Source: Diplonema japonicum (Eukaryota; Protista; Euglenozoa: Diplonemea). From it: a stretch of 64,000 bases of DNA. A program made the translations under genes and the position numbers. Shown here piece after piece: positions 23,344 to 34,267 of the stretch (the stretch's first letter is position 1; every line of letters starts with the position of its first letter). The DNA lies in the NCBI GenBank assembly GCA_964019335.1, contig OZ025671.1:186001-250000 (forward strand), given 5' to 3'. Under the pieces are notes generated by a model. It made no database searches, had not been told where the DNA came from, and worked only from the letters and a program-made list of their open reading frames with translations.

Positions 23344-23450
23344 TATTTTTTTTTTTTCCTCTCCCCCCTTTTTTTTTTTTTTTTTTTTTTTGTTACATAT
23401 ACAATGGGGGGGACAAAAAAATAAACAAAAAAACAAAAAAAGAAAACCAC

Positions 23451-24709
23451 CTAACGTGTCGGGTTGTTTTTGTCCGGAACCATAGCATTTTTGTCCATTT
23501 CCATTGCCATTTCAGCTGCTATTCTGTTCCCTTCGTCAAGAGCTCGTCTTTGAGCTTCTTCTTCCGCTTCAAAGAGATACCCAAGCTCCTTGTAGGCAAT
23601 CTTCTCAGCTGCATCGTGGTTGCACAGGCGCTGCCTCTCCCTGACGACCTTGCGGGCCAGCTCGCGCATGGTGTTGAAGTGAAGCGGGAGAATCTTTAAA
23701 AGTGCGGCTGAATAAATTGGTACATTTTGTGTCACCATACCATCATTGGCCCCCAGCGACGCTAGGTGGTCCAGCCTGTCAACCCCAAAGTCGACCAGCT
23801 TCTGGAAGTAGCCATATCGGGCGTATTCCAGTTCGTTGATGATAATTTCAACATCCTTTTTTTTTTTTTTTTTAAACTCCCTTCTTTTTCTTACCTTTGC
23901 ACCTCTCCCCCTATATATCCACGCAGGCCTCTCATCAAAGCGCTTCGGGACACTATCACTTTCGATGACTGGTTCTACTTGCGATGGGTGCGCGTCGAAG
24001 CGCACACCGTTTAACCGGACCTTTTTTTTATTCTTCTTTATTTTATTATTTTCCATCCTTTCTTACCTGTGCTGGCGAATCGGGTGCACTTCCAGGGACG
24101 CTTGTGATGACACCAAGCGTACCTTGCGGGATCACCTGACTGTTGCGGAGGACGATTCGCTTCACAGCACGCACTGCACCACCCACAAGGAACTGAAAAT
24201 GTTTGATTTTTTTTTTTTTTTTTTTAAATTTCTCACACCAGAGGTACAAAGTCCAAGGTAATGTGGTGTATCAGTGAGGTGCGGTGGTCTCGTGCCACGA
24301 TGACCCTTTGGAAGTCACCGCTGTTCCTGATGCCGACTCCGTTGCATCGCCGTATCGTGCGGCCTTTGTACTTTCCTAGCCCCGCTGCCTCTGCAGGGGA
24401 CCCTTTGTCCACAGCTGTGATCATCAGGGAGTCCGTGTACACGAACCCATATCGCCTGGTGGCAGGGTCTTTCTGGACAACTATTTCATCATAAGATATC
24501 TGGGTGAACCCGCCTTGCTCGGGGTGTAGCACGCTGGTCACAAACGGCAGCATCTGTGACGCGCCAATCATGAACCCTAACATCATCACCCACACGCACG
24601 CACCCCATCTTCTGTAGGTTCTGTGTAGGTCCCATTTCTCTTCTGTATCTTCATAATCAGACAGCAGATCCTGTTCTTTACGTTTTTTTCTACGGTGCTT
24701 GCTTGCCAT
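23451..24709 (-). CDS. Single-pass membrane protein with PDZ-like domain (375 aa; introns 24193-24238, 24021-24066, 23856-23894)
   Basis: TM segment, then YGFVY...ITAVDKGSPAEAAGL...IRRCNG PDZ motif. Three phase-0 A-rich introns link three track ORFs into one frame. Confidence 0.75.
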
Positions 24710-24798
24710 GAGATATCCAATCTAGACGCAGCACATTGGGCCCTGTTATGAGTTAAACGTGGGGAATGAAAAAAAAAAACGGGGGGGGTTTTTTTTTT

Positions 24799-25392
24799 TC
24801 ATTCAAGCGGGAGAAGCTCTTTGAGCTGCGACTTAATCTTTTTGTAGTAGTTGGCTTTCAAGAGGAGTTCTTCCGCGGCCTCCCAGTCACGCTGGGCGAG
24901 CTTTTCCGTAATGGTGTTGAAGATGTTTGCGTATAGCTGGTCGTTGTCTTGTCCGATCTTTCTCAACATTTCATAGTCGTCTTCGTTCTCGTTCATTTCG
25001 ATTTTTGTCTCGAGCATATCTGTGAGAAAGTCGTCGTCCAGCTTGTCTGCTAGCTCTTCAGCGCGTTCTTCGCAGTTGATGTCTCTGCCGCTTTCCAAGA
25101 ACACGATTAAGCAAGCTCTGGAGTAGTCGTCGATTAGCGTAGAGTAATCGGTGTTGCACTTGGCCGACACTTCCAAGAACAGGTCTCTTACTTCGTCGTC
25201 TTCGCCGCCAGCTTTGTCCGGATGATATATTTTTTGCATTTCTTTCATTTTTCCTTTCAAGTCATCGCCGATCTCAAACTTTCTTTCAATCTTCAAGGCC
25301 TCGAATGCGTCAGCACCCAAGATCCTCTTCCCCTCCACTATAGACTCCGAAACGCTTAGCCATCTCTTTCCTGCAATACACCTGCGTAACAT
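24799..25392 (-). CDS. HSCB: Mitochondrial Fe-S cluster co-chaperone HscB/Jac1
   Basis: MLRR presequence; J-domain LKGKMKEMQKIYHPDK, YSTL...RA, DFLTDMLE and C-terminal YYKKI helix. Confidence 0.85.
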   Translation of the reverse strand: MLRRCIAGKRWLSVSESIVEGKRILGADAFEALKIERKFEIGDDLKGKMKEMQKIYHPDKAGGEDDEVRDLFLEVSAKCNTDYSTLIDDYSRACLIVFLESGRDINCEERAEELADKLDDDFLTDMLETKIEMNENEDDYEMLRKIGQDNDQLYANIFNTITEKLAQRDWEAAEELLLKANYYKKIKSQLKELLPLE

Positions 25393-25830
25393 TTTTTTTT
25401 TTTTTTTTTTTTTTTTTTTCCCTTTTCCTTCTTCCCCCCGTTCTGTTTTCTGATTCGAGTGAAAAAAAAAAAAAAAAAAAAAGAAAAAGGGAAAAAAAAG
25501 AAATGAATATTTAGTATAAAGCGTATGGGAAGAAAAAAAGAAGAAAAGAATTAAAAAAAAAAAAAAAAATAAGAATGGGAATCCATTCAGAAATCCGGTG
25601 ATATTTGGCTTTGGGGTGGTTGGGGCTATGAGGGTATTTGAGAATAAAAAAGGGATGGGTCCTCCATTGCCTCTTTCTTATTTTCTTTTTTAAATGGTCC
25701 GGACTGTCAAGGCTATGAGCATTTTTGTCCAGCCGGACATGTCTTGTAGTGTACAAAGCTAATTGGAAATAAATTTTCTACGATGCTTCCCTTTTGGAAA
25801 AAAAGGAAATTCACGCCAGCCCCTCACGTT

Positions 25831-27832
25831 GAGAGTACCCTTGATGAATCAGTGTGGAGGTCAGATATCTGTGAGTGCTTTTGTTTTGTTTTGCGGGCAT
25901 ACGTTCGTGCGTGACAGGATGGCTGTGCTGGTTGCGACGAAGTCCTCCTCCCCCACATAGCAGGAGCCTTTCCCCACTTCCCAGAAGTAGCCGATGAGCC
26001 CTTGCAAAACGGCGATGGCATCCGAAGGGTTCAGGTACGCGGCGGAGTAGCCCATGGAGGCGAGGGAGACGGCGATGAACTTCACGTCCCTGCTGTGCAC
26101 CACGATCGGGCACCTCAAGCCCTCCCCCGCCGTCCCCGCTGTCTCCTCCACCACCTTTTTCGCAAGGGACACGAGACACGGAGGCCCCGCGTTCAAGACG
26201 TACACCGCGAACCCCCAGTCCTTCTCCTGCAAGAGCTCTACCTGTGCCCGGAAGTAGCACCGCTTCACCTCGTCCCGACACTTCTCGGGAACGTTGTCCA
26301 GGAAGACCCCGAGCCCCATCGGGAGCACGCAAGGATGTGTCACCCCTTGCACCTCCGCCGCCGTGAAGATGCACTTGTACAGGTTCTTCACCCGCTCGTA
26401 GAAGTCCGTCTTCTCCCGAGGACCCTTCCAGTCCTCGAACTTCCCCCGCAGCGGCTGCGTCGCCTCCCACTTGGCCGACACCGTGAAGTACTTGCTCCCC
26501 TCCACCACTGTGCTCAGGTCCGTGCAGAAGTCGATCCCCGCCGCCGTGAGGAAGGTCAGAGGCCGCTCCGTTTTCCCGCACAGCTGGTTCGACACCCCCT
26601 CTGCTCCCCCCACCATGAAGTAGCCCTTCTGGGTCTGGCACACGCTGCTCGACAACTCGTTCAGTGAAGTCGCCAGCACCCGATTCACATGATCCTCGTC
26701 CTTGAACCCGTACCCCTTGAAGTCCCGCCGCACCTTCTCGATGAAGGCTTGGTGTTCCGAATCGATTTGTGGTGCGTGTTCCAACTGTTTCAGAGAGATC
26801 TCTGCGCTCTGTTGTGTTGTGTTGTGTTGTGTTGTGTTGTGTTTGTAAAAGAAAAATAAATAACAAACAAACCTCCAGCTTGCCTTGGTAACGGTCCTTC
26901 TGATATGCCCATTTCTCGTACTCCTGTACCTCCTCACTGTGGGGTTTTTGTGTTGGTCGTTTCTTTTTTTTCTATTTTTCTCTTCTTCTTCCTCTCGTCC
27001 GCTCACACACCTCGTTGACTTCTCACTCACCTCCTTCGGGCTCGCGAGGAGGTCCTGCAGCAACCCCATGCACCGCTTCATACATTCCTCCAACATGGAC
27101 CTCAGGTGTATCGTCTGCTCGGGCTTCCCGATCTCCGCAAGGGCTTGAACCCGCCGGTCTGAATAGTAAGCGACGTGCTTCGTGGTGAGGGCCGCCAGGG
27201 AGGTGTAGAAGGCCGGGGGAAAGGCCGAGGGGTCACACACAACACGACCAGATGCCTCCAGGTCCCGCGCCTCCGCCACCGTCATCGAGAAGGTGCAGGA
27301 ACCCCACACCGCAAGGGGGTCCTCTTCCCCCTCCCCCTCCCCACACCGAATCCCCTGCGCCCTCATCGTCTCCATCATCGTCTCCGCATTGATGCGCAGC
27401 TCCCTCCGCGGGTCCTCTGCCGCCTGCTCCTCCAAACTCTTCTCCAGCTGCACGTCCGGTAGCCGTCCAATCCGTGTCCTTTCATCCTCTTCTTCTTCCC
27501 CTCCGCCCCTCCCCTTCCTCCCCAAGAGCCGCAGGAGCGTCGTAGTCGGCCGCAGCCGCTTGTCGTACGCCCGCACACACCCGCAGATCGCGTGCGTGTT
27601 GTACGCCGCCCCGCTGTGCACAGGGCCCGTCTTCCCCCGTACCTTGTACGAGCTGAACCCTCCCAGGCCCGCGAACGCCTTCCGCAGCCCCGTCTCCGCT
27701 TCCCCCTCAAGCTCCCCGTACACGTATAGCTCGTTCCCTTCCTCTACTGCGATGCGCTGCATGGTTGCCCCACCCTTTCCTTGTCATGGGAATAGTTAAA
27801 GGGGGTGTCCAAAGATGGAAGGAACAAAGTAG
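25831..27832. repeat. 2002-bp direct repeat, copy 1
   Basis: Identical by eye to 31451-33452 (offset 5620). Both start GAGAGTACCCTTGATG and end GGAACAAAGTAG; the flanks differ. Confidence 0.95.
25861..27762 (-). CDS. Protein with C-terminal atypical macrodomain/PARG-like domain, copy 1 (587 aa; introns 26937-27010, 26809-26872)
   Basis: Two introns restore KSTSEEVQEYEKWAYQKDRYQGKLESAEIS. C-terminal part has FLTAAGIDF...LYKCIFTAA...VLPMGLGVF (GxGxF loop)...LNPSD...GYFWEVG...YVGEED. The gene is well supported; the domain call is tentative. Confidence 0.6.
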   Translation of the reverse strand: MQRIAVEEGNELYVYGELEGEAETGLRKAFAGLGGFSSYKVRGKTGPVHSGAAYNTHAICGCVRAYDKRLRPTTTLLRLLGRKGRGGGEEEEDERTRIGRLPDVQLEKSLEEQAAEDPRRELRINAETMMETMRAQGIRCGEGEGEEDPLAVWGSCTFSMTVAEARDLEASGRVVCDPSAFPPAFYTSLAALTTKHVAYYSDRRVQALAEIGKPEQTIHLRSMLEECMKRCMGLLQDLLASPKEVSEKSTRCVSGREEEEEKNRKKRNDQHKNPTVRRYRSTRNGHIRRTVTKASWRFVCYLFFFYKHNTTQHNTTQQSAEISLKQLEHAPQIDSEHQAFIEKVRRDFKGYGFKDEDHVNRVLATSLNELSSSVCQTQKGYFMVGGAEGVSNQLCGKTERPLTFLTAAGIDFCTDLSTVVEGSKYFTVSAKWEATQPLRGKFEDWKGPREKTDFYERVKNLYKCIFTAAEVQGVTHPCVLPMGLGVFLDNVPEKCRDEVKRCYFRAQVELLQEKDWGFAVYVLNAGPPCLVSLAKKVVEETAGTAGEGLRCPIVVHSRDVKFIAVSLASMGYSAAYLNPSDAIAVLQGLIGYFWEVGKGSCYVGEEDFVATSTAILSRTNVCPQNKTKALTDI

Positions 27833-28175
27833 TTAGTGACGTGACGGGAGAAAGCTCGTTGGTATCATTTAAAAAAAACATGATAGCACGTCCAACAGAA
27901 AACCTTTTGAGACCACCAACCCAGAAAACCTAATAAATGAGGTGGGAAACCTCTTTATTACACAAATCTGGGATTCGGCATCGCTCACCTGGTTGGAATT
28001 AAGGAATACAACCTTTCATAATAGTTACGCTAGTTTTCTTTTCTTTTTTCTCTCTTTTTTTTTTTTGCTTCCTCCTTGTCCTGAGTAGAAGCTCGTTGGC
28101 AGACGGCTTAAATACCTTCAAAGGAGAACGAGGAAATCGAATAGAAGTTCTATTAATCTGAAACAAAAGAAAATA

Positions 28176-28212
28176 ACTATGATAGGAACGAAGTGGTTAG
28201 CAACGGTCCGCC
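28176..28212 (-). repeat. 40-bp dispersed repeat, copy 2
   Basis: ACTATGATAGGAACGAAGTGGTTAGCAACGGTCCGCC; one substitution versus copy 1; A-rich flanks on the + strand. Confidence 0.9.
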
Positions 28213-28496
28213 TAAAAAAAACCCCCCCCTGTCTAACTCCTGCTTTAAAATAACCACTTGAGAAAAAAAGAGTGCAATCATCTCTCTGTAAAACTTACAA
28301 TGAAATAAATTTCTCGTTGTGTATTCTTTTTCTCTTTTTCATTTTCAAGGTCATACAAAAAAAAAAGTGAGTTGAATAAGGGGAAAAAAAAATACAAAAA
28401 AAACGAGACTGTTAACCGTCTGGTACTACACAATTAAAGGCCGCTTTTACAAAGACCAGCCAACATGAAGATAGGGGGAAAAAAATACAAAAAAAA

Positions 28497-29084
28497 CTCA
28501 AAATACAGGACAAGCCCCCCCGCTAGAGGGCCGCCCTATGGGGGGGGGGGGGGTCTATCTGTTAATACTCCCCTTCTGGAGCATTGCTTTCATCCCGATC
28601 GTGGCTGTGAGCATCTTGCGAAGTCGAGTGATGCGATCCCGCTTGTAGGCGGCCTTCAAATCCATCAGCTTGTCGTGCGTGGACTGGGTAGCAAAAATGG
28701 GCCTCCTGGAAAAGCCTATAGCTGCCTTTCCTCCTATGGCGATGAGGGACTTCACCCTTTTCTGCTCATCCGCTGGGAAGGGGCGTCGCTTCTTCCGTGC
28801 CCTGCACGCTGCGTTTATCTTTACGATTAGGGCCTTGATTCTGCGTGCCCTATATTCCAGCAGGCCTCCTAATGATTTACCGGTCGTCCATTCGAAGTCA
28901 ATGGCTAGCTCCACCGCCGACACCTCCGAGGTGGTGTCCTTCTCCACCCAGCGCAGCTGTGACAACCATTGTAGCAGCGGGTTCAGGTACTGGGACAGGA
29001 CCCCACCCACTCCTTCGAGCTCGCCTGCTATCGGAACGGGGCATCTCTTTCCTACTACATTTCGTTCCCACGGTAGCGCCCCCC
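28497..29084 (-). mobile_element. 5'-truncated non-LTR retroelement remnant (ORF C-terminus and 3' UTR)
   Basis: PLLQWLSQLRW...VSAVELAIDFE...FPA...RVKSLIAIGG...GFSRRPIF is homologous to 42601-43384. The WL..L.W...ELxxDF motif resembles C-termini of protist LINE pol proteins. Starts abruptly at a homopolymer. Confidence 0.6.
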
Positions 29085-29299
29085 AAAAAAAAAAAAGTGC
29101 AATGATAGCATTCGAATTAATCAGAATTCGTGTGAAAGACGCTGACAACCACCGCCCTTGAGGCTAGCTGGGCAGTGGGAGCATCTATCACAATCCGAAG
29201 CGCAGTGTTGGGAATTAGGTAAATCACGTGACTACTCGCACACTACACAAGCGGGGAGGTGTTATAATCGTATGTGACTGAGCACCCGAACAACTCGCT

Positions 29300-30766
29300 T
29301 CACAGCAGGTCCTGGGTCTCAGGTATGGTCACCATCTCATCATCATAAGTGGCATCACTCCCACTCCCTGCACCTTCTTCATCACTGTCGCCGTCTTCCA
29401 CCTCAGAGCGCTTCTGGGCATCTGCAACATACTTCTCCCAATCACTAGTGTAAATGAGGTACCATGACCACACTATGTTAACGCTAAACGAAATGTTCAG
29501 TGCGATTATCAACCCAATAGCACCCAGTTCGTATTTATAAGTAAACAGAGCAGCTAGGGGTACGCTGATGCACCACGAACTGACATTATTGGTGATAGCA
29601 GAGGCCCAAGGCCTACCTTGGCCATCAAGCGCAAACAACGAGGTGAAGCCAAGAGGCAGAAGGGGCATCGAACTCACGATATAAGGCACCATGTCATACA
29701 CCAGGGGGACAAGCTCGGGGTCGTCGGTGAAAACATGCGCTATTTCGGTACGGAAGATCATAAGCACCACCGACATTAACCCCGACATCGACATCAAGAA
29801 GCACAGGTTGTACTTCATCGTCTTCTTGCACGACTCCACAGATCGATCCCCAAGGTAGTACGCCACTCTGATGTTCAGGGCCTTCGCAAATCCTATGTGC
29901 ACTCCTGAGAACAAAAAGTAAATCGATGCTTGGATTGACCACAATGCGACCTGAATATTGCCACTGTGCGTGTTGAAGACCAACATGAGCTGCCATTGTG
30001 CTTCCTCCACCCAAAGACCTAAGGCACCAGGAATAGCAAGTTTCATGTATTCCTTAAGACGCTTAAGAGTCAATGACCCCCGTATATCCCATCCGCCCCA
30101 GTAGTCACTGTGGTGCTTCCACCACACGCACCACGCCGAGTAAGCTAATGTCTTCACAACCGAACTGATTGAGGTGGCAGCAGCAGCACCTTGGACACCC
30201 ATTCCAAACCAGCCGATCATGACATAGCACAGACCCATGTTGATAAAGGTGAAGATGATAGAGAAGGCTGCTGCAGGCTCAGCATGTCCCACAGAAGAGA
30301 AGTATTGTTCTAAAGCGGTCTGTACTCCCATGAAGTAGTAGCCGGGTATAGCGAACCTGCAGTAGGTCTGAGCATCGGGGGCGACAGAGGATGAGACTCC
30401 AATGAGAGAGAGGAACGAGCTTGTCGCGAAGAACCACAAAATGTATACTGGGATGGAGACGATCGTGTTGATGACGAGAGCAACTTGAAGCCAGGTTCCG
30501 ACAAGTTTCAGGTTCTTTGCTCCACGTGCCTGGCTGCTGAGGGTGTCGAGGCACATTGAGAAGCCGTTTATAAAATTGAAACACCAGTACATCCATGTCA
30601 ATGACGAACTAGAAACAGTTAGGGCATCAGTGCCCAGCAGTCTCCCAACCACTATGTTCTGTACAAAACCCCCTGCAGCAGTGAACACATCGGTGATTGC
30701 CATGGGCCATCCTATCTTCCAGTATCCTTTCCATTCTTTCGAATGCAATACTGCGCCTGCAGCCAT
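29300..30766 (-). CDS. MATE-family (DTX/SLC47-like) multidrug efflux transporter (488 aa)
   Basis: VGRLLGTDAL, LDTLSSQARGA, MGVQGAAAATSIS, KLAIPG...EE, IRVAYYLG, DGQGRP; many TM segments; intronless. Confidence 0.92.
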   Translation of the reverse strand: MAAGAVLHSKEWKGYWKIGWPMAITDVFTAAGGFVQNIVVGRLLGTDALTVSSSSLTWMYWCFNFINGFSMCLDTLSSQARGAKNLKLVGTWLQVALVINTIVSIPVYILWFFATSSFLSLIGVSSSVAPDAQTYCRFAIPGYYFMGVQTALEQYFSSVGHAEPAAAFSIIFTFINMGLCYVMIGWFGMGVQGAAAATSISSVVKTLAYSAWCVWWKHHSDYWGGWDIRGSLTLKRLKEYMKLAIPGALGLWVEEAQWQLMLVFNTHSGNIQVALWSIQASIYFLFSGVHIGFAKALNIRVAYYLGDRSVESCKKTMKYNLCFLMSMSGLMSVVLMIFRTEIAHVFTDDPELVPLVYDMVPYIVSSMPLLPLGFTSLFALDGQGRPWASAITNNVSSWCISVPLAALFTYKYELGAIGLIIALNISFSVNIVWSWYLIYTSDWEKYVADAQKRSEVEDGDSDEEGAGSGSDATYDDEMVTIPETQDLL

Positions 30767-31450
30767 ATTCTCGACCCTTTTCCTGTAAAGAAACAATCAA
30801 AGCAGTTTCAGATGCGGGTTTGAAATATAAAAAAAAAAAAAAAATAATAATAAAATAAACAGAAAGGCAAGAACACCCATTTTCTTATATTCTTTTTGGC
30901 CATGGGAAAAGAAGAAAAAAGAAATGCTGTAAAAGAGAGCCACAACGGCTTTTCCGTTGAAAACCTACGCCTGCGGTGTGCCTTAGCAGCCGTAATTTTC
31001 TTTAGTTTTCTTTTTTCTTTTTTCGAAACGTAAAAAATAGTGTAGAGACAGTGTTCCCCCCCTCTTTTCTTCTTTAAATAAAGAAGGATGTCTTTAACTG
31101 CCTCTAAAAAGTTATCATTTTCTTCTTATTTCTTTTTTTAAAGATAAAAGAAACCGCCCCAAAAAGACTGTTTACCCCAACCTTCGTGTATATAAATATA
31201 TATTTTCTCAGCAGTTTAAGGCTTTTAAAGCAGCCCACCACCGACGACGAAGAGTACGTATAAAATCGAGAAGCATCATCTCACCTCCCTCTTTCTTGTA
31301 TCACGGTGACCACCTTGTATCCTTAGTTTACATCACCTGCGATCATGTGACAAGATAGGAATGAACATTACAACAAGAAGCACACGTTCCTGACTCACGG
31401 CTAGAAAGGCCACGGAACATGCTTGTGGATAGCTTAATGCGGGCTACGCG

Positions 31451-33452
31451 GAGAGTACCCTTGATGAATCAGTGTGGAGGTCAGATATCTGTGAGTGCTT
31501 TTGTTTTGTTTTGCGGGCATACGTTCGTGCGTGACAGGATGGCTGTGCTGGTTGCGACGAAGTCCTCCTCCCCCACATAGCAGGAGCCTTTCCCCACTTC
31601 CCAGAAGTAGCCGATGAGCCCTTGCAAAACGGCGATGGCATCCGAAGGGTTCAGGTACGCGGCGGAGTAGCCCATGGAGGCGAGGGAGACGGCGATGAAC
31701 TTCACGTCCCTGCTGTGCACCACGATCGGGCACCTCAAGCCCTCCCCCGCCGTCCCCGCTGTCTCCTCCACCACCTTTTTCGCAAGGGACACGAGACACG
31801 GAGGCCCCGCGTTCAAGACGTACACCGCGAACCCCCAGTCCTTCTCCTGCAAGAGCTCTACCTGTGCCCGGAAGTAGCACCGCTTCACCTCGTCCCGACA
31901 CTTCTCGGGAACGTTGTCCAGGAAGACCCCGAGCCCCATCGGGAGCACGCAAGGATGTGTCACCCCTTGCACCTCCGCCGCCGTGAAGATGCACTTGTAC
32001 AGGTTCTTCACCCGCTCGTAGAAGTCCGTCTTCTCCCGAGGACCCTTCCAGTCCTCGAACTTCCCCCGCAGCGGCTGCGTCGCCTCCCACTTGGCCGACA
32101 CCGTGAAGTACTTGCTCCCCTCCACCACTGTGCTCAGGTCCGTGCAGAAGTCGATCCCCGCCGCCGTGAGGAAGGTCAGAGGCCGCTCCGTTTTCCCGCA
32201 CAGCTGGTTCGACACCCCCTCTGCTCCCCCCACCATGAAGTAGCCCTTCTGGGTCTGGCACACGCTGCTCGACAACTCGTTCAGTGAAGTCGCCAGCACC
32301 CGATTCACATGATCCTCGTCCTTGAACCCGTACCCCTTGAAGTCCCGCCGCACCTTCTCGATGAAGGCTTGGTGTTCCGAATCGATTTGTGGTGCGTGTT
32401 CCAACTGTTTCAGAGAGATCTCTGCGCTCTGTTGTGTTGTGTTGTGTTGTGTTGTGTTGTGTTTGTAAAAGAAAAATAAATAACAAACAAACCTCCAGCT
32501 TGCCTTGGTAACGGTCCTTCTGATATGCCCATTTCTCGTACTCCTGTACCTCCTCACTGTGGGGTTTTTGTGTTGGTCGTTTCTTTTTTTTCTATTTTTC
32601 TCTTCTTCTTCCTCTCGTCCGCTCACACACCTCGTTGACTTCTCACTCACCTCCTTCGGGCTCGCGAGGAGGTCCTGCAGCAACCCCATGCACCGCTTCA
32701 TACATTCCTCCAACATGGACCTCAGGTGTATCGTCTGCTCGGGCTTCCCGATCTCCGCAAGGGCTTGAACCCGCCGGTCTGAATAGTAAGCGACGTGCTT
32801 CGTGGTGAGGGCCGCCAGGGAGGTGTAGAAGGCCGGGGGAAAGGCCGAGGGGTCACACACAACACGACCAGATGCCTCCAGGTCCCGCGCCTCCGCCACC
32901 GTCATCGAGAAGGTGCAGGAACCCCACACCGCAAGGGGGTCCTCTTCCCCCTCCCCCTCCCCACACCGAATCCCCTGCGCCCTCATCGTCTCCATCATCG
33001 TCTCCGCATTGATGCGCAGCTCCCTCCGCGGGTCCTCTGCCGCCTGCTCCTCCAAACTCTTCTCCAGCTGCACGTCCGGTAGCCGTCCAATCCGTGTCCT
33101 TTCATCCTCTTCTTCTTCCCCTCCGCCCCTCCCCTTCCTCCCCAAGAGCCGCAGGAGCGTCGTAGTCGGCCGCAGCCGCTTGTCGTACGCCCGCACACAC
33201 CCGCAGATCGCGTGCGTGTTGTACGCCGCCCCGCTGTGCACAGGGCCCGTCTTCCCCCGTACCTTGTACGAGCTGAACCCTCCCAGGCCCGCGAACGCCT
33301 TCCGCAGCCCCGTCTCCGCTTCCCCCTCAAGCTCCCCGTACACGTATAGCTCGTTCCCTTCCTCTACTGCGATGCGCTGCATGGTTGCCCCACCCTTTCC
33401 TTGTCATGGGAATAGTTAAAGGGGGTGTCCAAAGATGGAAGGAACAAAGTAG
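31451..33452. repeat. 2002-bp direct repeat, copy 2
   Basis: Identical by eye to 25831-27832, including the (CAACA)n intronic microsatellite. Confidence 0.95.
31481..33382 (-). CDS. Macrodomain/PARG-like protein, copy 2 (introns 32557-32630, 32429-32492)
   Basis: Same translation as 25861-27762. Confidence 0.6.
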   Translation of the reverse strand: MQRIAVEEGNELYVYGELEGEAETGLRKAFAGLGGFSSYKVRGKTGPVHSGAAYNTHAICGCVRAYDKRLRPTTTLLRLLGRKGRGGGEEEEDERTRIGRLPDVQLEKSLEEQAAEDPRRELRINAETMMETMRAQGIRCGEGEGEEDPLAVWGSCTFSMTVAEARDLEASGRVVCDPSAFPPAFYTSLAALTTKHVAYYSDRRVQALAEIGKPEQTIHLRSMLEECMKRCMGLLQDLLASPKEVSEKSTRCVSGREEEEEKNRKKRNDQHKNPTVRRYRSTRNGHIRRTVTKASWRFVCYLFFFYKHNTTQHNTTQQSAEISLKQLEHAPQIDSEHQAFIEKVRRDFKGYGFKDEDHVNRVLATSLNELSSSVCQTQKGYFMVGGAEGVSNQLCGKTERPLTFLTAAGIDFCTDLSTVVEGSKYFTVSAKWEATQPLRGKFEDWKGPREKTDFYERVKNLYKCIFTAAEVQGVTHPCVLPMGLGVFLDNVPEKCRDEVKRCYFRAQVELLQEKDWGFAVYVLNAGPPCLVSLAKKVVEETAGTAGEGLRCPIVVHSRDVKFIAVSLASMGYSAAYLNPSDAIAVLQGLIGYFWEVGKGSCYVGEEDFVATSTAILSRTNVCPQNKTKALTDI

Positions 33453-33788
33453 CCGACAGGGAGAAACGAGAATGTTTGGTCCACCTTGCCTGCAAAGGCT
33501 CCACAATGAACCTGCTTGCGACACCCGGTCTGTTTCTTCTGGCTACTGATTTTCTGCCAGGACAGTCCGGGATCCGAGGTGTCAATTTTACGACAAAATG
33601 TGTCGTGAAGACACTCGTACTATTGTGGTTCTGTCTGGCTGTTCCGTGCGCAGTCTATGGTGATGGCTCAGCATGCCGACTTGGGAAATATAAAAAATGA
33701 AAAATAAAAATTAAAAAAAAAAAACCGTATGACGTACTGATATACTGATATGATGGGGGAGGGGAGGTGTCGGAAAATAAAAAAAAAC

Positions 33789-34228
33789 TCATTCCATCGG
33801 TGCCCCATAGGCATCAGGGAGGCGCTCCACAGTGTACTTGTGCTTCGATATGTACATAATGGGGACACCAGGAATCTTCCGCAGCCTTCTCTTCAGGTCC
33901 TTATCCGCTGTGGCCACGATGTACACAGGGAACTGCGACACAGTGTTCACAATACAGTCATCGGCGTAGGTAGTTCCACAGGTTAGCCTTTTGTACCGTG
34001 GGTCCTTGGCCATTCTGAGGGCCACTTTGAATTTGTCCCCCAATTTCTCGAGCTCTGCGATGACGCAGGAGCAGATGTACACCGAGACCTTGGCGTAGAG
34101 ACAGTCCATGCAGCCCTTTATTATATCGATCTTATTTTGCATCGAAAAATTGATAAAATTGGTATCGATCAGCACCCGGTAAGGTGGGCCCAGTGCTTGG
34201 TTGTGTCTCAAGTACATATTGCTTTGCA

Positions 34229-34267
<39 letters not shown>

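Noticed and set aside
25831-33452. LTR retrotransposon or composite transposon
   Set aside because: No TG..CA ends, primer-binding site, gag/pol, transposase or clear TSD; the repeat is an intron-containing gene.
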